Positions 58,201 to 64,000 of a stretch of 64,000 nt of DNA are shown here, one piece after another. The DNA is from Sporopachydermia quercuum (taxonomy: Eukaryota), in NCBI GenBank assembly GCA_001599295.1, contig BCGN01000007.1:1043791-1107790 (forward strand). The letters are read 5' to 3'. Numbering within the stretch: the first letter of the stretch is position 1; each line of letters begins with the position of its first letter. The position numbers were made by a program, and so were the translations under genes. The notes under the pieces were generated by a model. That model was given only the letters and a program-made list of their open reading frames with translations, was not told where the DNA came from and did not search any database.

Positions 58201-58234
58201 AAGTTCCGTCTGTACCGTTTGTTTCACCCGCCAT
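52274..58234 (-). CDS. SPO14: Phospholipase D1 (PX-PH-HKD2)
   Basis: Single ORF; first in-frame ATG at 58234 (MAGETNG). PX region (LEYGSG..WHVDKSYRDF), PH region (GKQGYLIVRSSAKAQGWRV), IHDWWLSPELYLRRP, HHEKIAIVD and HAKTLIVDD (two HKD motifs), PRMPWHD, C-terminal IQGHLVVFPTEWL..IPPTEIYD. Confidence 0.96.
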   Translation of the reverse strand: MAGETNGTDGTSEAGQVGKGSESGATEEIGLGITENSSRRANTYAKPNTFRRVSFTDNEISDPHPVKTLIPDLDNGTDADNEADSDPEPEPRGKTAQLLNRLASRVTRQNSAPDGSVRLQTQHSEHPQPYSVSDAAPNYRPESPTGTRISPRFKSAFRFGSFPRNHESSDIVTDTENERENVSAPASASASAAASVTGTTFAPDRNRNSVKWRTDFFLHRSHSQDGTNAGNNTGTITTDNTTNTGNNNGTTTESSHRSSVSWMKKIYPSQHDVGDKIQKIREFGHRFRRKSKKDGTDEKKSTELMAELSAGAPAAIILASAFQTDDHKTKRTPILSEQLKVEITKSGNPHAEYRVNLEYGSGVARIAWHVDKSYRDFERFHSRLKVLIFQQNAFGSGNGKKIQLPKFPKPKSEMDAKGDSKGEPRGESISIGKSRDLADVPETTEQKAESAREPEEVSEEKELQILNLERILPESESEAELSPKLEKHEKLFHSQSQPQTPITVMFHRENDGEYSDSGIYINSDINRNSNSKSGINNPPNTKKSTKLRKRLSLVPTSSPLSSFTAHFAAQTLASEDLRKSLQLYLRTLFHTLMFRGLANRLFQFLELSSIRLLLANELEYSGKQGYLIVRSSAKAQGWRVSHLRPDDIKAMVFRHVPKWFIVRGSYVMYVEDINAATPLEVFLVDPQFKIAESEVFDGNSDTSANSSNSDISGSDSDYPAKASPHLHGSITLQNSERQLKIFGKQRHIRDWLKSFREMAATSEWAKPHRFNSFAPIRTSVHAEWFVDARDYMWTVSTALDMATDTIYIHDWWLSPELYLRRPPGLNAEYRIDRLLKRKAEQGVRIYVILYRNMDTFVPIDSLYSKHSLLDLHPNIYVVRSPNQIIQNTYFWAHHEKIAIVDHKVGFLGGVDLCFGRWDSSDHVLQDEGYPFGFNDPNTGNDAGNGARNLQEQIWPGKDYSNPRIKDFHSLDKPFVDMYSRSETPRMPWHDIHMMVSGQAARDLARHFVQRWNFLIRQKRPSRATPLLLPPADLPNPDASHLNNHNHNHNHHHHLAPTGTGTGTGTGLGIDNEAKFNSGYISGLGNSDIAAFSRYRYALNFNLNPNFNLNSQTANPANLANLTDPTDPASYLEANIPVYPGTCEVQILRSAGPWSLGLKTPETSIHSAYIRSIQQSEHFVYMENQFFVTSTAFDGIVIQNQIGNALVERIIRAHRNGEQWRGIIMIPLMPGFESNVHEPEGSSVRVIMQCQYMSISRGSNSIMGKLSRLGIPSEDYLEFFSLRKWGKLGTLPKTGTRLVTEQLYVHAKTLIVDDRIALIGSANVNERSMRGIRDSEIAAYVRDRTMVDSYMGGQPYRAGKFAHSLRVRLMREHLGIDVDEIEIVERMFERLVSEAKTEVKRGKKKAKVGKRGENGPQRTEVDLPQPEVNQQFSGPSDKNDQNSGNSGGHVVNADLDSQITETLLKLATKAILGKELIRPVPKQELYPELSLSFNHKAGEVNKGLRDKKNISSDSRVQGNSKHRADISGLGPDKMKSDSQARQKKLRSALKQLAKDSFSYKSNRHKNQGLGSVFTISDETVENLLLSRQGFPVLDDQAKIDLLKRIAYFRRVADKMTKEEEEETISQSGNNNVNSTSTSTSTAQSGNTPSASGPSPSAIQILFRTPGSNETAEPISVITLSDSEIDSKIDSLAGPAADQNGRTFVDPYGFIDPISPEFYEDIWADIAYRNTELYRSVFRCQPDDEVNSWNEYKVHSRLNAAFSVLQHVDGTNSGDITGKNGKNGKSETRIGTMEARAEEISGLSGQGPLGKPPRQSLEIDLPPLSPQTSLNKTIGSQSENYSFRGSLPESLTFSEPMTREMMEEKGQFEEKILNMYKEAEEKEKIAELKAVKVLDNKESAETVPVHTIFRPGFSGRSRKRYGNSGNHRKQKGKHNWQNTIYSQETAEKLLKEIQGHLVVFPTEWLSRELDSGNWFYDIDRIPPTEIYD

Positions 58235-59468
58235 TTGTGGTGTGGTTCCTATTTTGCCTGCCGCGGAACACAACAGGTTAATTTCCTCCTTGAACTGAAA
58301 ACCGGATGGGCCGATGTCGCACAAATAATAAAAACACAAAAATATGAACCTTCGGAACCCAACTTTACGAATTGGTATGTTTTGTGGGGTTCATTTTACT
58401 CCATTTATCAGATGTATTCACACAGTAAACGAAAAAGAAGAGNAGCAACGAAATTGTGATCTGTGATACGTTTAGATGTCATCGGTACGTTTGTGTTTTT
58501 GTGTGTTGGCAAGGGTGTTTGTACAATGATGCATACTTTATGCATAGTTTGTTTTAAGGTTTGAAATAGCTGAGAGAAAAAGAATAAAGTTGGTAGTAAG
58601 CAGGTTTTTTCTCCTTTGAAACGTAGTTTCATTATATGCTCAAGCTGGAAGCTTACGATAAATTTTAATGCATATAATGGCTCCTTAATAACTAGACACA
58701 AAATTTCCGGTTGGCGAGTTGACTGTTTAGGTTTATTTCCATTGATTATGTTGATTGTTTCTTTCCGCTATTCCTTATGCATATTTAAGCAATTATTTTG
58801 GTTCCTGCATATTCTTAACTTAATCTGAAACCTTAAACGGCTCATTCCATTTTTCATCCGCATCTATCTCTACATACACTTGGAAAAATATTAGAAATCA
58901 GTTCTTTTTGTTACATAATGTTATATTATTTCTCAGCAATCTTAAAATTATTGTAAGAGATTTGTCCTTCTACTATGAAGGAGCCCAAATTCATGTAACA
59001 GAGATACATATCATTCTTCTTAGTTACTCTGCATTGCTTACATCTGTAGAATAATCAATGATTTTAAGCAACGTATTAAGCAACAGATTACACTTAAACA
59101 GCAGGTATTGGTTCAATAATTGTCAGTAATATTACATTTATTTATGTCAAGGTATTCTAACCATGCTTGCGCTCTGATTATATTCTAATCTAATTCCAAT
59201 CCTTCATTGTTAATTTTTCCTGTCTCTAGGTCATACTAGTACTAGTATTGTCACTATCTATAGAAACATGTTTAACCTTTGCCGATAACATTTACCAACT
59301 CTGTATACTAAATCAGTATAATTCACTCATTAAAAACCAACTTTTTATACCTCACTAAACAACCTTCGTAAAGAACACTCCACATTGGTAAATCTTCAAT
59401 CAAATAAAGTGTCCCAAATGAGTGGTCATTAACTCATTATGTCTATAGATTTCAAAACAAAATTGTCT

Positions 59469-59573
59469 GGGTCATTAGTATAGTGGTAGTATGCCTGCTT
59501 CGGGCACACGCGAAGCTCGCGTCTCATACAGATGCGTTTGCAGGTGACCCCGGATCGAGCCCGGGATGACCCC
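59469..59573 (+). tRNA. tRNA-Pro (anticodon CGG) with a 34-nt intron (59505-59538)
   Basis: Acceptor stem GGGTCAT/ATGACCC plus discriminator C; D arm GTAT-AGTGGTA-GTAT; anticodon stem CCTGC/GCAGG with TT-CGG-G^intron^T; T stem CCCGG/CCGGG with loop ATCGAGC; followed by T6. Confidence 0.9.
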
Positions 59574-59575
59574 AA

Positions 59576-59581
59576 TTTTTT
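59576..59581 (+). terminator. RNA polymerase III terminator (T6)
   Basis: TTTTTT two bases after the tRNA discriminator. Confidence 0.8.
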
Positions 59582-60270
59582 CTCTGAGATTAAAAATCTG
59601 CACATTGAACAAGTTTGAACGTCTTATTTTTTGTTTTTGTAATAATTGAAAAGCTATAGATATTGTTTGGGGATTAGAAAACTATGGGTTGCTTTGGTGA
59701 GTGATTTGGGGTAAAAGTTCATAGGAACGTGAGAAAAACTGTAAGCTGGATGATGCGCAAGAATGATCAACGATGATCAACGATAGATCAGAGACAGCAA
59801 TTAGTCATCTTTTGGATAGCAAAGTTGATTATGTTGGGCTTATTTCCAAGAAATACGACATTTACTGTATCAATCCTCTATAATTATTGATAACTCTCAT
59901 CATCATCATTTCGTATTGTATCTCGAAATTTCAATTATATGCAACACTATGCGATGCTATGCATGGCAATGAATATCCAAACTTAATTAATAAATGTCTG
60001 ACAAAAACTAATTAATGCGCATCTTTCGCAGCATTAATTTATGTAATTATTTATGTACTTACATTAATTGCTAAATGACCTACATTCATCCATAATCATT
60101 TCTACATTAAATGACAAGATATATTCACCAATTTCACGATTTCATCAAATATTCAAGTATTCATTATTGTCCTATTGTCACTTATCCTTCAGTCGTTTAT
60201 CCGTTCAAATCCATTAACCCATTGCCCGTTCATGCCCTCTTCATTTAATCTGTAATCCATAATCCTACAA

Positions 60271-61272
60271 ATGACGGAACTACTAGCGAACGATCAGATA
60301 ACGTTAAGTCAACTAGTAGAACAATCAAAGAAAACCTCCAAATTCGACAAATCCACGAATTTACCAAACTCCTACCAATGCCTTCAAATTCTGGCTTGTT
60401 CGATCATTCAGTCAGTTGGTGTGCTGCTTGAGCTTGATCAACTCACAATATCAACTGCTCAGTCACTACTACGAAAGAGCCTGATAAATTTCGACATAAA
60501 GAACGAACTTGAAAGCAGGAATTCAAAAGAAATAGCTGAAATATCTCCAGTTTCAAAAGTACTGAATTTGTCTTTAGCTGCTTTGCTTGTCGCATTGAAA
60601 TCTCATAACATAGACATTAGTCCTCATGTGCTAATAACTGAGTATGCCTATGTGAGGACTTTGACAGTATATGATAATGCTATAAGGCTGCTTGAAGGAA
60701 ATGCTTCGAATGGTGCAAATTATCATAAATCATTAGAAGGCGAAGAAAATGGTGTTTTCAATGGTCCTTTTGATCCTATAAACAATAGAGATTATCCGCC
60801 AGATGTTTCTAGCTCTCTTAGTAGCCAAAGNAAGGATCTACAGAAATATGAAATGAAGCTTCTTTCATTAATAGGTTTTAAAACAAGGGTCAATTTGCCT
60901 CAAGTGTTAGCTTTGAATTATATGGTATTCCTAGGCTTAGAAAACAGGACTATTTATTATGAGGAGAGTGGAAATCCTGCTAATGGCAATGATGATCCTT
61001 CAAGTAGTAAATCATTGTATCAATACGTATGGCATTTAATCAATGATGCCATCATTTATACTGATTGTATTATAATATTCCAGCCAAATGTAATTGCCGT
61101 TGCTGCTATTTATTTATCACTGATTGAAAACAATTTTCAGGTTTCTGATGATGAGAGAATCAAATGGTGGAATCTATTTGATGTATCAACTGACGATTTG
61201 ACTCATTGCTGTCTGATAATTAATAATGCGAAATATGCAGCAAATCAGTTTGTTCACCAGTTCATTTCATGA
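60271..61272 (+). CDS. Transcriptional cyclin, cyclin L-like
   Basis: 333 aa. Cyclin-box helices ACSIIQSVGVLLELDQLTISTAQ, LAALLVALK, YEMKLLSLIGFKTRVNLP, VWHLIND, QPNVIAVAAIYL and WWNLFDV match the cyclin L/K pattern; cyclin L is the closest by recollection. Confidence 0.75.
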   Translation: MTELLANDQITLSQLVEQSKKTSKFDKSTNLPNSYQCLQILACSIIQSVGVLLELDQLTISTAQSLLRKSLINFDIKNELESRNSKEIAEISPVSKVLNLSLAALLVALKSHNIDISPHVLITEYAYVRTLTVYDNAIRLLEGNASNGANYHKSLEGEENGVFNGPFDPINNRDYPPDVSSSLSSQXKDLQKYEMKLLSLIGFKTRVNLPQVLALNYMVFLGLENRTIYYEESGNPANGNDDPSSSKSLYQYVWHLINDAIIYTDCIIIFQPNVIAVAAIYLSLIENNFQVSDDERIKWWNLFDVSTDDLTHCCLIINNAKYAANQFVHQFIS

Positions 61273-61339
61273 TTTGATTAGCATTGATGACACGATTAAC
61301 GCTTATGATAAGTAATGATAACTACTGCAAACTGGCTAA

Positions 61340-62150
61340 TGGTACAAGACGGCAGNAAACACCACCCAGGATGAGTCCTTAGGTAAATCCAGAAAGCGAA
61401 AATTCGAAACCGAGATTCAGAAGCCAGAAATCAACAGTTTCCAGCAACGCTCACATTTCAATAAGAAACATAGCGAGAAAGCTGTAACTTCCATACCAGG
61501 AAAATGGAATGTATTGCCATGCTATAATATAGGCATAAAACAGCCACCCGATGCATTCAATCATTCGACTTACATCTTGGAAGATTCTAAGCAAGATCAA
61601 CAAGCGGGACTTTTAGGAGCCATCAATGATCAAGATAAACTTGCATTCATGGAGCATATCCGCCGCTTTCTTAAAGCATTTGCTATGGGAAATGACACAN
61701 GCATGAGCCTGTTTTTNTCATCAATAATCAACTTCTTTTTTCGTTGCCAAGCNCAGACACAATGCTAGCCAGTTGTTTATTGAGAAACAATTATACATTT
61801 CCGTATTTTTATGTATTAAAGTGATCAGAAAAAGTATGTAGATATTCAAATGCCTGGATTTTCACGATTCTGGTATTGTTGGATACAAATGTAAAACTAC
61901 TGGTGATTCAGTCTTCAAAAAGAGGTGTTTAGATGAAGATGTTTTGGACCCAGCAAATACTATGATTCTATCCTTAACCTATCGCTATCAGAGAAGAAAT
62001 GGTGGTGGATTCCATCATCTGCTGAGGATAGGAAAACAAGAAGAATTAGTACTAAAGGAAGAGGTAAGTACTCTTCTCAAGTTAGTCTTACCAGACTCTG
62101 GCATATCGATTAATCTACCAGGAGTTAACACTAATTTGAACACCAGCTAA
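61340..62150 (+). pseudogene. Decayed coding remnant of unknown origin (possible retrocopy or mobile-element relic)
   Basis: Stop-free frame 61340-61768 with no early ATG (..QDESLGKSRKRKFETEIQ..FMEHIRRFLKAFA..), then stops and frameshifts, then a second open stretch to 62150. Four N sites in about 400 bp. A poly(A) tract follows on the same strand. Confidence 0.3.
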
Positions 62151-62242
62151 AACACGAGCTAAAATAAGAGCCAAGTCCACCATAACACAAGTATTATGGA
62201 TTCCTGATATTTCAGCGAGTTTGTCACGCTCTTTTTGGGGCC

Positions 62243-62248
62243 AAAANN

Positions 62249-62276
<28 letters not shown>
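62243..62276 (+). repeat. Poly(A) tract, 34 nt including two N
   Basis: Seen directly. Confidence 0.9.
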
Positions 62277-62279
<3 letters not shown>

Positions 62280-62826
62280 GACCATCACCTGGTGACAATA
62301 ACACTTGAGCGTTGATATGGACAATGTATGTAAAGTATGACCAAGAGTTTTCCCTGAGCCGTACCTGCGAAACCCCTACGTCTCTACCGCCTAATGCAAT
62401 GTACCAACGCTGTACTCTTGACTTTGAATAGCAGAAGGATTAGGATTGGAGAAACCTTGTTTCTCATCTCCTTCATAACGTAACTTTGGAATCCTGGAAA
62501 TCCTAGGAATCCCTCTAAACTAGCTGAGAACGAAGAACANCAGAAGTTGTCCAACGAAGCATGAAGCTGGAGCTATTTGGCGGATACGTAAGTTGATATC
62601 AACAAGTCAATATTAGTGGGGGGTTGGATGAAAATTCACATTTACTTATATTTCCTTGTACTTACTTCATTTCCTTATATTTACTTTATTTCCTTATAGT
62701 GACTTATATTTACTTCTTACATATATGAATATATTATACTATATTCACTTCATTTCCTTATGTTTTCCTCCTTTTACTTCTTTTCCTCCTTTTCCGTATG
62801 CTTCCTCCTTTCCTCATTTTCGTATG

Positions 62827-64000
62827 TCATAAACAATTTCTCAGCAGGTTCAGTCTCTGCTCCATTATTTGAATATATTGCTCCAAATCCTTTGCCGAAA
62901 TGTCTGTTCCGTTGTTGTCGTTTATGCTTTTGGTGTTGTCGTAAATAGCTTTAAGCCATTTGGTCTTATCAATTGAGCCATTTCCATGCAAATTTCCGAT
63001 CTCCTGCNGGTTTTCATTCAAATTGGTTCTGGTGGTTATCCAATTCCACATTTCTTCTTCTTCTCGTATCAACAGCCCGCTGTTATTGGTCAATTGAACT
63101 GAACCATTCAATCCATAAGGAGTTCCATAGAGATTGCCAAGGATTCCANAAGAAATTCCATGATTTCCCCTCAAAAGCTCAAGAAGCTCAGTTATCAACA
63201 CGATTCCAAACACTTGCAGGCCAATTATAACTATCACGGCAAGAAACCACACATTTCTGTCAGTGAAAAGCAGTTTATACCCAGCGGCAATCAAACTGGC
63301 GATAAAACTGATAATTGACTCAAAAATCCGCAGTTCTTTGCCGACAACCTGTTCGATCTGCTCCACGGTATGCGCGGCGCCGATTCCAGCTTCCTCCACG
63401 GCNTTTCCAACTACCTCTTCCACTATTTGCAAGGATTCCTCAACAATTGACTGTTTCCTGCTGCCAGCAAGAGAAGTTCTACGGGTGCCGGCTTGGATGT
63501 CGCTGGTAATAGTAGGGGAAGACTCAGTAGGAGCCAAACCGGCTCCGGCCAGAGTGTTCTCGGCCTCAGTGCCTAACTGAGAAGCCGAGCCGAGTTCGTG
63601 TTCGAGCATTTCCCCGAAAAGTTTCCCTGCCGCGGACTGCGCCTCCCGAGTTCCCTTTTCAATCATCCCTTTTACCCAGCTGGAACCAATCCAGGTTATA
63701 TAAGAGGAAATCACGAGCCGAGTTTTATTATTCTCGGCCCAACAGAGCATGTACCGAGAATTCACTAAAAATGCATTCCCGCTCGGAACGTCAGGAGAAG
63801 ATGTGGTGGAGACGATATGCACCCAATCATCCAAGTTATATTCAAGTCTCTTTTCGGTAACTAGAACCCTGGTTTGCTTTGGCCCGATTGGGAAATGGAG
63901 TTTCTTAATGTATTGGAATTTTCTCTCCTTGTCGGTAAATTCGCCTAATGGAGAAATGTCGAAGGAATCAAGCTTTATAAGATACTTTTTCAGGAAAGCG
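62827..64000 (-). CDS. LAM/Ltc-family membrane-anchored sterol transfer protein (VASt/StARkin domain); 5' part outside the window
   Basis: Frame is open from the window end: YIKKLHFPIGPKQTRV...TTSSPDVPSGNAFLVNSRYMLCW...WIGSSWVKGMIEKG. Then a transmembrane helix (VWFLAVIVIIGLQVFGIVLI), EEEMWNWI and a terminal coiled coil. Confidence 0.88.
   Translation of the reverse strand, partial: AFLKKYLIKLDSFDISPLGEFTDKERKFQYIKKLHFPIGPKQTRVLVTEKRLEYNLDDWVHIVSTTSSPDVPSGNAFLVNSRYMLCWAENNKTRLVISSYITWIGSSWVKGMIEKGTREAQSAAGKLFGEMLEHELGSASQLGTEAENTLAGAGLAPTESSPTITSDIQAGTRRTSLAGSRKQSIVEESLQIVEEVVGXAVEEAGIGAAHTVEQIEQVVGKELRIFESIISFIASLIAAGYKLLFTDRNVWFLAVIVIIGLQVFGIVLITELLELLRGNHGISXGILGNLYGTPYGLNGSVQLTNNSGLLIREEEEMWNWITTRTNLNENXQEIGNLHGNGSIDKTKWLKAIYDNTKSINDNNGTDISAKDLEQYIQIMEQRLNLLRNCL

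Noticed and set aside
52740..58459. Many 60-190 aa antisense and alternate-frame ORFs over SPO14 (and over SWT21, SSK1, HRQ1, chitin synthase)
   Set aside because: Shadows of the real CDSs in stop-poor, GC-richer DNA, with no recognisable motifs.
1..64000. CRISPR array, rRNA genes, intact LTR/LINE/DNA transposons
   Set aside because: No repeat-spacer array, rDNA, reverse transcriptase/integrase/transposase ORF or long terminal repeats were seen.

Overview
Eukaryotic nuclear DNA from an ascomycete yeast, most likely an early-diverging, relatively intron-rich Saccharomycotina lineage. This is inferred from GTATGT/GTAAGT/GTGAGT donors, TACTAAC branch points close to YAG acceptors, CUG read as Leu, and retention of a myosin-motor-like chitin synthase and a cyclin L. 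The window holds 19 protein-coding genes: TOP2 (partial), CDD1, MAP1, RRI1/CSN5, SWT21-like, KRE33, NRK1, GCG1, ATP22-like, SSK1, HRQ1, APL1, ICL2, a PIF1-family helicase, AIM14, a class VII-like chitin synthase, SPO14, a cyclin L-like gene and a partial LAM/VASt gene. It also holds an intron-containing tRNA-Pro(CGG) with an unusual A54 T-loop and a decayed ORF followed by a poly(A) tract. Scattered single N bases suggest a heterozygous consensus. The main unexplained signal is at DNA level: kb-scale domains strongly enriched in CCG/CGG (mostly TCCG/CGGA/TCGG) that ignore gene, intron and strand boundaries. These motifs are often spaced about 10-11 or 21 bp apart, and many non-coding tandem duplications also have 10/11/21-bp units. 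All counts and spacings were done by eye and need computational confirmation.
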